A stretch of 64,000 bases of DNA from Botryllus schlosseri (GCA_051294905.1 CM119372.1:22816001-22880000); one strand, 5' to 3'. Counted from the stretch's first letter, positions 1 to 27,637 are shown. Program-made: numbers and translations. The notes: generated from the letters alone by a model not told the origin.

Positions 1-44
1 GTACTCCGAAAATGTGAATGTGCTTTATTACTGACCACCTCTGA

Positions 45-14718
<14,674 letters not shown>

Positions 14719-16186
14719 AGTCGTTAGTGTTATCTTCTCCTGTGGTCGGCTCGCGAGTTGGCCGTAGTATGTTGCACGACTGTAGAGGGTAGAGTCAGGG
14801 TATGTTTGGACAATGCGGGGTGTCATTTCTTGTTCCTGTTTCATTTTTTACGCGAAGCCTTTCAATTCTTTTACCGCGAGGACGCGAATCGTATCATTTT
14901 AATTCATTAGACTAATTCTTATGCTATCTTTACGATGAAGTGGAAGGAATCATTGCGAATCACTTTTATAATGGTGTCTGTGTGACCAGTAAGCTTGAGT
15001 TCGAGTTTGTCAGGTCGGTGTGGCGGGCAGTGTCGAATGTACCGGGCTTGAATTTGTATCAAACAGGGCGTCGGGATTGGGATTGTCTTCATTTAGTTAT
15101 GTCGAATGCAGCCCGGATGAAATGTTAGAAGGCCGTGCGGGATGGGTTCTTTTTACTTGATGTCAGAGATTTGTCGTGATGCGTTGAGTAGAGATTATGT
15201 GGAAAGTTCAGACGGAAAGGTCCCTTTCTTTCCATTCGGTATGCCAGCTGGTGGGTTAAAGTTGAATGGGAGTGTATCTGCGGTAAAGCGTGCCCCTTGT
15301 GGTGAAGTGCGATCAAGAAGAGACTTCGAACGCGTACATCACGCAGATTGGAAGAAGATTCATCTCTCCGGGTGATAATTGACTAGTATTCTCACTTCAC
15401 ATTAATTTATAGGACTAAATATCACAAGGCCCTCGACGTCTTCGTAGATAATAGCTTCCTTTTGAATTGTAAGCTCACGACTGTTATGTGGGTCGTAAGC
15501 ACCATGCCGCTGCACAAGGGAACGCTCACAACGCGTCTGACTGGTCTTGGTAATGTTGCCATTGAAACGCTTGACCAAGTTCAATGCGAACATCGTATAG
15601 TACTTGGTCTGTTTGGCCATCACCAGCTAGCCAAGGAGTTGTCTGATTGGAAAAACTACTCGAAGTCCTTCCCATCCTATCGTTGTATCGCAATCTTATG
15701 ATGCCTTAAATTTCCGAAGTCAACTCCATCATCTCTACCTGTAAGTCTGATCACGTGGGCTGAGAGAGGATAAAATGATATAATCATATTATAAACCAGA
15801 ATTGTAATGACTCGACTCGAGTTACGATTTTTTGATGACTCGACTTGACTCGAGTCATTTTAGCAAAATTCGCAAATGACTCGAGTCGAGTCAATATTTG
15901 TATTGACTCGACTTGGACTCGAGTCATTGCGCATGACTCGAGACTCAGACGGCCAAGACCGATATTTCATTGTAATTTCGACGAATAGTAGAGTAACCAC
16001 CATATTGGGATTTCGTCTATTGATACTTTGGTACTTGAAAATGCGACCAGAAACTAATAAAAGTAAGGAAAACCAGCATATCATGAATGCGAACCATTCG
16101 ATATCACTAAACAGAGAGATAACAGTGGGTTTAACGAGACTTTAACTGGAAACGGAGCAGTCAACACAATGACTTGGACTCGGACT

Positions 16187-18618
16187 CAGCACCGTAACTG
16201 CCGCACCCCAAACCCCCCAAATGGGGGGGGGCCGAGCTCGAAGGGGGCCCAAAATTATTTCGTGAATTAGCATAAATCATACAGTAGGGTTACCATATTT
16301 TTGTTTCACAAATTCCGGACGCTCTTCAGCGCCCACTAGCGGATTTCAAAATGAGGTATGAGCACATTGTCGATTAATATGACGTCACACCAGCAACGCT
16401 TTGTCTATCGACTAGAGGTGGTCGTGATCCCGTTCAGGAGTATGTGGTTGTGTATTGTATGTTGTAACCTGGGCCCTAGCCACATCTTTTCAGCCCCGTC
16501 CCGCCCAAATATACACTGATTTTGGGCCCATCGTAGGGTATTCGATGCAACTTCTGGGGGTTTACTGTATGCATCTGGTCATTGAATGATCTGAATGAAT
16601 CGTGTCAATGATATTGGTTCTTCCATATATTACTGTATAATTTTAATCCTCTCTCCGCCCACATAATCAGAGTCAGCAATAGAATAGAGCTGGTGTAGGA
16701 TGATGACTTCGAAAATGCAAGAGGCGTTATTGTACATCGTTAGGTCATGCTCATGTCACGCCGATAAGATTATTTATCAGCCTACTGCGGGTGTGCACTT
16801 CACCACTGAGCTATATAAACACCGCGCATCCGGTGGTTTCCAACCTTTTATGGTCGCGAATCTATTTCCAATTTGAAAATGTGCCGTGGCCCAGCTCAAA
16901 ATTTGATGAGCTGAATACTAATTAAAGGTCGGCACATTTGCCCAGACTTACTCACAGCCTATTTTGGAAGTTAATTACGTTCAACATTTCGCGAACCGCC
17001 ATAGTAAAGGCAAACTACCCCCCGGTTTAGAACCACTATCTTTGAATAAAGCATCCAAACGACCTAAAACGACGACTCTATGAATACCGTTATCTTGTAA
17101 TTGCGATTACAATTAGACTTCTTTTTGTAAATGAATGTTATTTTTTTTTATCGCAGTTTTTGCTAGGGCGGTATTAAAGCCAATATATATGATACTAAAT
17201 CGCGCACAGCGCGAAGAAAAATCTCATGTAGCAAAAATCGGCCCAAAAATAGTTTTTTTTTAGGTTGATTTACATAACAAAATATGACCTTACTTCAAGC
17301 CTTCAAAATTCCGGACATTTGGGCATATTTTAGAAATTCCTCCCGGACGCAGTTTTAACAGTGAAATTCCGGACATGTCCGGGAAATTCCGGACGTATGG
17401 CAACCCTATCATAGAGTATTTTTTGAAAATTTATGCAATATTTTCAAAAATTTTTCGCGCTGGGCGCGAATTCAGGTAGCCATCTCTCTTTATTATTAGG
17501 TGTCGGGCCATTACCGTGCCACGAGCCACCAAGACATACAATCAAGTTTTAGGCCATATAACATGCGACTCAAAGAAGTGTGCCAGAACGATCTGCAGCG
17601 AGAAAACCCTGACCGAAAGGGTCGATGCCTTTACGCTGGCCAAAGACTTCATTATATATACAAAATACAGGTAGGTTTAATTGTCCATAGGCGCCTAAAT
17701 GACTGGCGCCGAATGTTCCTGTCTTTGCAATCTGAACCTCACAAGACAAATACCATCCCGCTGGGAAAATTTTATGCCAGTGAAGAAATACCAATTTGAA
17801 ATCGTGTGTGTCTCTTAGTTTAGAAGCCTACGTTTGGCCGTTTCTATATTTTTTGATATAGCAGACTGGAAGTCACGAAATAACATCATCTAACGAATTC
17901 TTATCAACGGGTGCGCCCGCCCGAAGATGTTTAATTATTATTTACGGGCCCTCCCGTTTTCGAGACACTTCACTCAGCTCTACCGGTAAATCTAATTACG
18001 TGAGTAGAGAGGACAATAAATTGATAGCATAATATATATGCAATCGCCGACCTGATTGACCGATTTTATCATAAATTATCGAAAATTTTCGCGCTTGGCG
18101 CTGCCTCACAATACAATACAGATGATTTCGTGACAAACGCGAACAACGTGATGGAGGGGTCGTGTCATCACCCTATGGGAGCCCAAGACCCACGTTTTTG
18201 GGGGCCTGACGAGGTGCTGTTCCGTTCCTACCAACGGGTATACGCCCGAAGATGTTTAATTATTATTGAGTGGTCCTACCTTTTCAAACACACCACAGTC
18301 AGCTCTACCGGCAAATCTGATTACGTGAGCAGAGAGAAGATAAAAATTGATTAAGATATATATGCAATTCCCGATCATACTGACCGATTCAGTCATGAAT
18401 TCTAGAAATTTCCCGCGCTTCGCGCGCTTAGGCGACAAAAGCTGATTCACTAAACAAACTCCCAACGCATATCATAATAAATAGCGGTATCGGTATCGGG
18501 AGGGTATCGCCGGAGGGGGGTCTGGGGGCGAAGCCCCCCAGAAGTTCGGTCTATAACCCTATGGGGGGCCCACGACCAAAGTTTTTGGGGGGGCTTGCGA
18601 AGTGCTGTTACGGCCCTG
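16187..18618. mobile_element. CAGGGCCGTAAC-family non-autonomous hAT-type element
   Basis: Ends CAGCACCGTAAC / GTTACGGCCCTG. Perfect 8-bp TSD CTCGGACT. Homologous to 36271-37260, 41530-42245 and 52625-52715. Confidence 0.9.
16285..17408. mobile_element. TAGGGTTGCCATA-family element nested in 16187-18618
   Basis: TIR TAGGGTTACCATA / TATGGCAACCCTA; TSD TCATACAG / TCATAGAG. The paralogous copy near 36355-36370 shows the empty site (AAATTATAGAGTATT). Confidence 0.8.
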
Positions 18619-19511
18619 CTCGGACTCGAGTCATTATCCCATGACTCGTACTCGAACCTCTGCTCGATGACTTGGACTCGGAATTGACTCGGTGGCGAAT
18701 TGAAAATGACTCGACTTGACTCGAGTCAAAACTATAAAAGTGAGATTGACTTGTGACTCGGAGCCTTGGTTACGACCCTGTTATATGCAATCATGTTGGA
18801 AGCAAGTCACAAGTCATAATAATGAGGTCATTTCGCATTTTGCCTCAAATCGCGTCAAATTCGACTTTTTATTCCAGTCAACTGATCTCATATAGGGCTA
18901 CCATACGTGCTCATTTAGGAGGATTTGTCCTTTTTTTTTAAAGAAATAGGATAAGTCCTCCGAGGACGCCCAAATGTTCTCTTTTTTGACAATCCTTCCT
19001 CCTTTATAGCTTTGATAGCCAGGCGATTGTTGATGCGCAGCAAAATTGCCATAAATGACGCGAAATCATCTGGAGTTCGACGGCAGTGACGGCAAGGTTG
19101 ACTCAAAAGGAAATTTGTAAAACTTGTAAAACTTGTAAGTGTCCTCTTTTTCGGATCGCAGAATATGGTAGCCCTATTTTAACTATTGCGTGGTTTCATC
19201 TGCAAATTAGTTAATCATGTGGTCATAAAATTTTAATCCTTCGACGTCAACTTCTTTCTATCCTTTCAAAGTATCGCAGTCTCGTGGTGTTTTGAATTGA
19301 TAAAAGTGTAACCGAACTCAATTTTTCGATGATCTTCACCTAGTGGTCAGGAATATAATTCCTTTTCTTCCGCAAGATGCCGCAACTTAACAAAGATTCG
19401 TCCAAATATCCGTTTCTATGAAGCAGAAATAAACAAGAGAGGGAATTTTAAATCTGACCCGTCGCGTATTTTTGTACCAAAAGCCCTCTGTTCGTGACAG
19501 GATACGCGAAC

Positions 19512-20282
19512 ATGGGCATTATCGAAGATCTCGAGGAATTGTATGGCACAAAGGATTTATACGAAGCTATAGGTCTTTCTAAGAAAGCGAGCAGTGACCA
19601 AATAAAAGCTGCGTATCGGAAAACGTCTTTGAAGGTTCATCCCGATCGAGTGGGGGATTCCGAGAAAGAAGAAGCCACTAGAAAGTTTCAGATTCTCGGT
19701 AAAATTTACAAGATACTATCGGACGAAGAGGAGAGGAAAATTTACGACGAAACTGGTCGCATTCCCGACGACGACTCCGATGGCATCTTTGACTGGAAAC
19801 AATTTTGGGGATCCAGGTTTGGCAACATCAACGAGGTTATCAAATCGTACACTGACGAGTATTGGGGTTCCGAGAACGAAAAAGAGGATCTGAAGGCATG
19901 CTATTTAAAGCACGAAGGAGACATGAAGAAAATAATTGATGACTTGTATTGCCGACCCTTGGAACACGAGCCGAAATACAGAAAACTCATCCAAAAATGG
20001 ATCAGAGAGAAATCAGTCCCGGAATACGACAAGTTCACAAAAGAAACTACAACTAGCAGAAATAAAAGGAAACGGAAGTATCAGAAAGAAGCTTCCATTG
20101 CGGATAAAAATGCTAGGCTTTTCGAAGCGCACATTGGGGATTCTGTCTCGGACATTGCGAGACTGATAGCACGACGAAATGAAGACCGCCTAAAAAGGCA
20201 GGATGATTTTCTGGATCGACTCGCTGCTAAGCACGTCCGTCCAAAGAAGCAGAAGAGAGGGGAAAGCTCAAAAACGAAATGA
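19512..20282 (+). CDS. DNAJC9: DnaJ homolog subfamily C member 9 (J-domain histone co-chaperone), intronless CDS
   Basis: MGIIEDLEELYGTKDLYEAIG...KVHPDRV (HPD motif)...ATRKFQILGKIYKILSDEEERKIYDETG; YxxSxxEKEDLK; C-terminal FLDRLAAK. ATG at 19512 (the ORF-track start at 19494 is a GTG). Confidence 0.95.
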   Translation: MGIIEDLEELYGTKDLYEAIGLSKKASSDQIKAAYRKTSLKVHPDRVGDSEKEEATRKFQILGKIYKILSDEEERKIYDETGRIPDDDSDGIFDWKQFWGSRFGNINEVIKSYTDEYWGSENEKEDLKACYLKHEGDMKKIIDDLYCRPLEHEPKYRKLIQKWIREKSVPEYDKFTKETTTSRNKRKRKYQKEASIADKNARLFEAHIGDSVSDIARLIARRNEDRLKRQDDFLDRLAAKHVRPKKQKRGESSKTK

Positions 20283-21245
20283 CTTTTTTCCACTTTTATT
20301 TATTTCTTGCTACCACAAGCTGTGACTGTGAATGTTGAGATAACTTGCGTTACTACCATAATTCATCGACAGATGTGAAAGTATTTGATATGTCACTACT
20401 GCCAAACTTGAGAATTATTTTTCTTGCCGTAGCGTCAATCAACCTCTGCCTGTAGCCTAGCTTCTAGACATGTTCATTGATATGCATGGTCATTACATTT
20501 GCTGGAATGCTGCTTGAGGCTTGAAATGATGTAATGTAAGTGATTGCCTGTTTTCGACTCTGGTAATATCTTCAAGTTGCATGAATTTGGTTGTGCTCTT
20601 CAAGCTTGTGTGGTAAACATGGTAAATTTTGCTGGATGATAATTATCTATATTTGTTCCTTGGATGCTTGATGTGCCAGATTGTATTGTTTCTCTGTTTT
20701 CAGGTCCTGTTATATTTGATACGCCTCGAATAACTATTGAAAGTTGTGGTTGATATCCGATGGCTCTTACTATTAAAAACACGTTGCATGAGAGACCTGA
20801 ATGTGTTGTTAAAGATGGAGTGTGGATTCAAGTCATGTCGCAATCTGCTCATCCCCGTGCAGTGGTATGTATCATTAGTGTTGATGTGTCTAGGCCAGAG
20901 AATTTTAGTGTGAGCATATCGAACTCTGAGCCCATGCATGCGTATTTGAAGTCTTTGGAAGAATAGAAAAATATTTTTCTCATTTAATCACTATCGTACC
21001 AGTATGTCCTAAACCAGTTGTTCTTAATCTGGGGGCACGAAGCCGCGATCAACCTAAAATTGTTTTTGTGCTCTGCGTGATTTACCTCCATTTCATAGGT
21101 ATTGCTCTGTGTATAGTCCGAATTTCATACTTGAGAATTCTCTCATCAACATTCACAACCTTCCATGCCATCAAACTATCCATTGATTGCTAACGTTGCA
21201 GTTGCATTTTTTGATATGACAATAAGGAGGCCGTGTCTAAAAAAG

Positions 21246-21418
21246 TTTGAGTAGAAGTAGGAGCTGGTGGTTCACAAGTAAGTAAGTAGGTATTCTATGC
21301 CTAATTTTGCCTACAAAACTGTCAAGTAGAATTAGAAGTAGTCTAAAATCATAACTACTTAAAAAGTAGTGTGAGTAGGAAAAATCTACTTCAAGTACTT
21401 CGTTACTGACCACCTCTG
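21246..21418 (-). repeat. Partial copy of the AGAGGTGGTCA MITE family
   Basis: Ends ...GTACTTCGTTACTGACCACCTCTG and aligns with 62003-62264 in reverse orientation. Further ends of this family at about 29-47, 13958-13990 and 21645-21660. Confidence 0.65.
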
Positions 21419-22281
21419 CTCATAATACTGAAGAACACCGTTAGGACATAGACCTATCAGCAACGAAGTATTTCAACTTCAAGTAGACTTTGCAAGCTTA
21501 TGCTTCTTTTACTTGCCAGTTTTCAGTTTTTTAAGGCAAAACTCGGCGTGGAATAGGCTACCTACTATTTTACTTGTAAACTGATACTTCTACTATAGTA
21601 TAAATTCATATAGTGTTCTAGTTCTACTTGAGTAATAATGATGACTAATGACCACCTCTGCCTATCAGTAACCGGTCCTCAGTGGCTCCAGGTATTCATC
21701 ATTAGCTCGAACTTATTATATGTTTGCAGTTTTGTTTCATCTCATACATTATGCACATCTTTTGAGGTAACGAACCAAGTGTTTCATACATTGGTGCAAC
21801 TAATATCCTAATTTTTAATTACGATATTCCAATGTGTATCGTACTTTCACTTGAATAGCTTTTTTGACTGAAGGTACTTGCATAGGAACACAAAAGTATT
21901 ACTGATAAGTTTTATTATCCATCTTTCTCGCACATTGTGATGAATCAAAGCTGTTTTGGATGAAATCGTGTTGCTGATTTTAATGCAATCCTCAACTCTT
22001 TGCAACAACAGTCACTCTTATCGACTCTAATGTAGTTCTGCAACAGTCAGTTCACTCCGATATGGAAAAAGATACGAAGACGCAGTACAGTAAACAAATA
22101 TATGAAATACGGAACAAAATTCATCCTAGGGGCTAGGGGCAATCTTGTCAATGACCATGATTGCAACCACTGTAAGAAACAGTGCACCTAGAGATCACGA
22201 TGTAACTTAGGTCACAGTGCGAGAGTCAGCCGTTACGCCCGTATGAATTCTATGATATATCTGGATTCAGGCTTTGCTGTA

Positions 22282-23139
22282 TCATATAATTGAATCCAAC
22301 CAGTCTTCCAGATCGTCGACTTCCTCATTAGGGCTGTCATTGTCAACCTCTTGACTTGCTTGGACTGCAATATATTCAGATTTTGGCAGTGGTGAAATGT
22401 GTTCTGAAGCTTTTCTATCGTTAGGATTAGTGGCAGTTTGCAGCAAATCATCTAGCACGCGGTCGTCCTGAGACACATTTTCAGATGCTCTATCTATCGA
22501 CTGGATTGGATTTTCATCATTTGACGGTGATGTCGAGATATGGGTGCCTAGTTTAGAATCTGGTTGGGGTAATTGTGCAAGCGGCTGAGTTTCATGTGTC
22601 TTGGTTTTATCTGTGGAAAAACTGAAGCCGAGATCACTAGATTCTTCTTTGCTGATAAGATGGCTAGCGAAAGCTTGCTCTTCGGCAGTTTTTATGATGC
22701 TATCCTCATTGTCCTGTAAATGCGATATGATGTCAGTGTTGACCTGCAACCTGTCGAGACCAAATCTTTTCACAAATGGCAGTTTTGAAAGTTGTGTCGC
22801 TAGTTTGTTGTAGTCAATATTGAAGGCTGCTGATTGCGATTGGTCATCCCATTCTTCTTCCCCCAGCAACTTGATATGGTTCGATGCATCCCCTCCTCGA
22901 CTAACTAAAACCGAGTAATCTTCGCCCTGGTCGTCCTCGTTATCGCTGATGTCGCGGTATCGCTCCCAGTTGCTTTCAATTTGTTTCCTTTTGAATCTGC
23001 CGTGGTCATTGTCACTGAATTCGTCGTCAGACAGCTTAGAAGTGTTGTCGACACTCGGTTTTTTGTTCTTGTCAGTTGTAATTCCACGTTTTTTCTTGTA
23101 ATCGGAGCTACGTTTCTTCTTGTGCTGATCAGGCCTCAT
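22282..23139 (-). CDS. AVEN: Cell death regulator Aven-like protein, intronless CDS (285 aa)
   Basis: MRPDQHKKKRS N-terminus; FKRKQIESNWERY...GEDYSVLV...EEEWD core; C-terminal DDLEDWLDSII matches the Aven C-terminal motif. First in-frame ATG at 23139 (the ORF-track start at 23193 is a GTG). Confidence 0.85.
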   Translation of the reverse strand: MRPDQHKKKRSSDYKKKRGITTDKNKKPSVDNTSKLSDDEFSDNDHGRFKRKQIESNWERYRDISDNEDDQGEDYSVLVSRGGDASNHIKLLGEEEWDDQSQSAAFNIDYNKLATQLSKLPFVKRFGLDRLQVNTDIISHLQDNEDSIIKTAEEQAFASHLISKEESSDLGFSFSTDKTKTHETQPLAQLPQPDSKLGTHISTSPSNDENPIQSIDRASENVSQDDRVLDDLLQTATNPNDRKASEHISPLPKSEYIAVQASQEVDNDSPNEEVDDLEDWLDSII

Positions 23140-25193
23140 TTGTGGTTCACGTACTTGCAAAACTTTTCTGTAAAATACCAAATATCTATGCACAATTGCA
23201 CACTTTCAGTTGAGCTTCATTTGGTTTGACCAAAAAATATGAGTGGATATTGGTGATGAGAACAATTTTGATGCAGCGAGAACTACTATTTGGCAGTATT
23301 AGAATTAACGATATCTATTCCCTAAAAGTGGAAGAATGTAGGTGCTGCTGAAAGGATATGTAGCAAACCATATACCACAATGGGGACAGTGTATCCCTTG
23401 TCTCTTAATAAGTAAAATTTACTAAGAATAAACCAATAAATGCATGGTCAAACGCTTTACCAGTGAATCATGTGTCGTCTACATCCAGTCCAAGGTCCCT
23501 ACTCAAGGCGTCAACACACGAGAGTTGAAACTGTGGCAGCGGAGAGTAGTGATACCTCTCAGCTATAGTGGAACAGTAAACAATGACAGATGTAAACTTA
23601 TGTCACTTGGAAATGGGCTATAGGCAATAGGCCTAAACAACTTTCTTTCAAAATGGCAGGCCATAAGGTACTTGTGGGCATTAGATTCCAAAAGATAGAA
23701 GTCCTCAATTCAGCAGTAGTAAAAAAAGCTGTAGCATACTGAACTGTGATAGAAGAACTTGGCCATTAGTTTTCATCTTTAAAACATCAAATTTGTGAGT
23801 TAAATTGGGCGAGAGTTTTGCCAACATAGATAATAGATAGCGGCCCAGCGTGGTTACATCGTATTCAACGAAAGCCCTCGTCTATGTCATATATTCAATT
23901 CAAAAGCCAACACAAAATCAACAGCAATGCTCTTCCTTTGGTGATCAGAGTTGCATCCACGACCCCGATAGCAACCAATTTGTGCAGGTGGCATATTTCA
24001 CAGATATGTACTATTGTAACTCGTATAGTCATAGGAACTCAGCCACACAACCAAAATTTCTTCATGATATCGAATGCCCGGCCCAAACCAAAGCAAACGG
24101 GACCACCGATTGTCGTTATTTTTTTCATCGAGCCGTGAATGATTGACAGTTGACAGGCCACGCAGGTAGCAGCCATGCATCTGCCAAATCACGCTGCGTT
24201 GCGGCCATTACTTTTCTATCTCAAAACTGCGCTTTTATATTAGTAATAGTGCAATAACTTTTAGTTGGGAGCTTGGGATCTTTTATTGTCAGTAATCAAT
24301 AGTTGTTTCCCCGCGCTACTGATACCTCAAAGTATCTTAACTACGCCCCGGGGACTATGTAATCCGTGGCGTGTTTTTGTGGTCGCAACAGACGCTCATC
24401 TTTAGAAACGCCACTGAGTTGTATTGAACTGATCATTACAGCTGTCTGTTACTAGCTATGCAACTCGGTGTGTGGGTGGGAAACGCTGTTGTCGTTAGGT
24501 TACGACGGGGAATATAGAAATTTGTCCGTATTATCCGACGCACGGTTGCGAGAAATGAAGTACGTTATGGACAAACTATTTGTGGGTTAAAACAAATGAC
24601 AGACTTTGTGGCCAAGTTGTCGCTTGTCGGATCGTGATCAATCAAGTGGCCAACGGTATAGCTTGTGATCGCCAAACGGTAGAATCTCGATGCCTTTTCG
24701 TTCTTTCCAATTGAGTGCGCGCAGAGACAATAAGCAAAGAAGTATACTTCCACTGTTCCAGAGTGCCTACTTTCACTATTTACTCGAATAAATTTAGGTT
24801 TTGAGAAAGGAAGATTTTTGAGATCTTTGTCATCAGGTTTTGTTTTGAAATGTTTTATGCTTTTGTTTCGCTGCTACTTGAAATCATGAGCAAGATACCG
24901 TAAATTTGTAACCACCCCATCACTCCAAAGTTCGATAAAATTATGCTTGAGCTGGCGTGGCAGGTATATCATGATTACCGGCGCCTCTAGGTGCCTACTC
25001 TATATGTATCGGAATGCCCAGACAGTCTATTCTAGTATTAATACGGGTTGAAATACCTTTGTTAGTCAGCATTGTTTATTGTGGCTAGTCTCTTGAAAAG
25101 TACTTGATGTAATCAAGATAATATGAACACACATATATAGTCTCAAGAGCTGAATATAATAAAATTTCATTTGCAGAATATCAATATTATATC

Positions 25194-26744
25194 ATGTTCT
25201 CTTGCTCATCCTTATCATGTGGATGGCTATGGTTTGCAATCTTAGCATATAATGTGATCGGTTTGCATTGCGAGAACGCGCCTTGTGCGTTGCGGAAGTA
25301 TTCTTCAGACTCTTCAGTATGCGTTTGCAATTCTACATACTGTGACACTTTTACTGTTGAACTACCGCTGGCTGGAAAGATTGCAGTATACACCAGTTCC
25401 AAAAAGGGTTCACCGTTTCAAAGTCATACAATTGATGTTAGCAAACTAGTGACCAAGCTTCCATCACAAGCTGCCAATATATCAAGTGCAAAGTATCAAA
25501 CTATTAAAGGCTTTGGTGGTGCATTGACCGATGCAGCCTCCATCAATATGATGAATTTGTCCGAAAACGCTAGAGATAATCTTCTCAAATCATACTTTGG
25601 TGCTGCTGGCATTGAATATAATATCATCCGAATACCGATGGGCTCGTGTGATTACTCAACAAGGTATTACACATACTTGGACACCCCTGAAAACTACAAC
25701 TTGAGCACATTTTCGTTAGCTCCTGAAGATACAAAATTGCGAATACCTTTGTTGAAACAAGTCTTGAATATTTCGAGGAAGGCTGTGTCTCTCTACGCGA
25801 GCCCATGGACCGTGCCTATATGGATGAAATCGAATCATAAAGTGACCGGTCTGGGCACCCTGATAGGATCTCCTGGTGATAAATACCACAAGACCTGGGC
25901 AAAGTATTTCAGTAAATTTTTTGATGCGTACAAGTCGGAAGGCATCACTTTTTGGGGAGTTACAATGCAAAATGAGCCTTCAAACGGCCTTATCGTGCCT
26001 GCAGATTGGCAGTCCACGGGCTGGTTGCCAGAGCATCAACGAGAATTTATAAAGATGGACCTTGGACCTGAGTTGGCACAGAGCGGATACGGGAATTTGA
26101 AACTTATGATTCACGACGACCAACGCATTCTTTTACCCGAATGGCCTAGAAGAGTGTTGAGCGATCGAAACGCTTCCGAATATATTTCAGGAATCGCAAT
26201 TCATTGGTATTTCGATTGGCTCGTCGGACCGGAGGTTTTGAATCACACACACCATCTTTTCCCGGATAAATTCCTTCTAGCGACGGAGGCATGTAACGAA
26301 GACACCCCACGCACAAGCCTCGGCTCTTGGGCATCAGGAGAGAAATACTCCAATGACATCTTGGACAATCTTTGCAATTACGCGATAGGCTGGGTGGATT
26401 GGAACATGTGTCTTAACATGGATGGTGGCCCGAACTGGGTGCATAATTTTGACAACAGCCCTATTATAGTCAATGCTTCTTCTGATGAATTTTATAAGCA
26501 GCCCATGTATTATCATCTTGGCCATTTCAGTAAGTTTATCCCAGAAGGCTCTGTACGATTGCAGTCTTCGACGGATGCGACTTTTGAAGTTAAACATGTT
26601 GTGGTCCAGCGACCTGATGGGTATTTTGTGGCGGTGGTTTTGAATCGCAATGATGAAGAGGTGTCATTTACGTTAAGTATTAATGGGCAGAGCTTGAGTG
26701 TAACAATCCCAAAACGATCAATCCAGACATATTTATGGAAGTAA
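25194..26744 (+). CDS. GBA1: Lysosomal acid glucosylceramidase (GH30_1), copy 1, intronless CDS, 516 aa
   Basis: Signal-peptide-like N-terminus; VCVCNSTYCD; QTIKGFGGALTDAA; RIPMGSCDYS; catalytic acid/base in QNEP; nucleophile in ATEAC; GWVDWN; GGPNWVHNFDNSPI; FYKQPMYYHLGHFSKF. Confidence 0.97.
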   Translation: MFSCSSLSCGWLWFAILAYNVIGLHCENAPCALRKYSSDSSVCVCNSTYCDTFTVELPLAGKIAVYTSSKKGSPFQSHTIDVSKLVTKLPSQAANISSAKYQTIKGFGGALTDAASINMMNLSENARDNLLKSYFGAAGIEYNIIRIPMGSCDYSTRYYTYLDTPENYNLSTFSLAPEDTKLRIPLLKQVLNISRKAVSLYASPWTVPIWMKSNHKVTGLGTLIGSPGDKYHKTWAKYFSKFFDAYKSEGITFWGVTMQNEPSNGLIVPADWQSTGWLPEHQREFIKMDLGPELAQSGYGNLKLMIHDDQRILLPEWPRRVLSDRNASEYISGIAIHWYFDWLVGPEVLNHTHHLFPDKFLLATEACNEDTPRTSLGSWASGEKYSNDILDNLCNYAIGWVDWNMCLNMDGGPNWVHNFDNSPIIVNASSDEFYKQPMYYHLGHFSKFIPEGSVRLQSSTDATFEVKHVVVQRPDGYFVAVVLNRNDEEVSFTLSINGQSLSVTIPKRSIQTYLWK

Positions 26745-27637
26745 CATTCCTTTTAATAATAAATGCAATTATGTGAGTCGTACTCGACTACCTCATGTAA
26801 CACCATGTTCCGTTTTTGCTTGTTTATACATACTGAAATCTGTATCAAGCATGATTGCTTACCTATGCATTTCTTAATATTTCAAGTAACTTCCACCTCT
26901 CGGATAGAATAGAATATGTCGGTGATTTTAGGTCATTGTATTTATTTCATTATGCTGTTATATGTCGCTCTGGTTGGTTGTTTTGATGTTGCTCAAGTAA
27001 TGTTTGAAAATAAGTGCATCGTAAGAAGCACTGTTTCATATGCAAGTTGAATTTTCTATAATATGAATACATTTGAGTCAGACTTTGAACATTGTTGGCT
27101 GTTCCTATTTGATCATTAGACTTTGAACAGGTCTATTTATTGTCCCTTGATCTCCTTGATATTCGTGCACCATCACATTGGTGAGCTTGTCATGAATTTT
27201 GGCAGCACTTCATCATTATGCATTGCTATTATCTACTATGATGTGTGTTATGGTTTGAATCTGAAGTTTAACGCCTCGAAGCTAGCTCTTGTTGAAGGAT
27301 CTTGATTATATTATTAATCGTTGTTAGCTGAATTGGAACCCCAGAAACTTTCATGACACGCAAGTCTTCATGTTGCCTGTCGATTAGGATTAGATCTGAG
27401 TTGGTCGGCCTCTATTTATGAGGATTGCAGTATGCTTGCTTATTACTTGCAGGCTCTAGCAGAGTGAGGAGTGTTTGCTTTTTAATCATTGTGTTTGGTT
27501 AGGTGAGTTTGCTGTACGTCTATGAACATTCTCACAAAAAGGCTCTCTTCACTTATAGGCAGATCACACGTTATCTTTTGATGTGATTTCACGACCTAAT
27601 CGTGTTTATATTAGAAGTTGTAGTCCAGCTCTTCATC

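Larger units (their letters stand above)
15797..18780. mobile_element. GACTCGAGTC-rich element (outer shell of a triple nest)
   Basis: Dense GACTCGAC(TT)GACTCGAGTC motifs on both sides of the 16187-18618 insertion. Ends CAGAATTGTAA / TTACGACCCTG; degenerate flanks TTATAAAC / TTATATGC. Similar motifs occur at about 34100-34220. Confidence 0.55.

Noticed and set aside
14940-15701. Cluster of short ORFs downstream of the ABCC1 stop
   Set aside because: No recognisable domain or consistent splice structure in any frame; likely 3' UTR or decayed element.
15805-16186. GACTCGAGTC repeats (also near 18620-18760 and 34100-34220) and TCGAGTA repeats (38320-38820) as CRISPR-like arrays
   Set aside because: Irregular spacing and no constant repeat-spacer period. 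They are subterminal motifs of TIR elements in a eukaryotic genome.
16831-17038. Fourth nesting level (CGGTGGTTTCCAACC ... GGTTTAGAACCACTA)
   Set aside because: Ends are degenerate and no TSD could be matched.
19494-27602. ORF-track starts at 19494, 23193 and 27602
   Set aside because: These are GTG codons; the first in-frame ATGs (19512, 23139, 27638) give family-typical N-termini.
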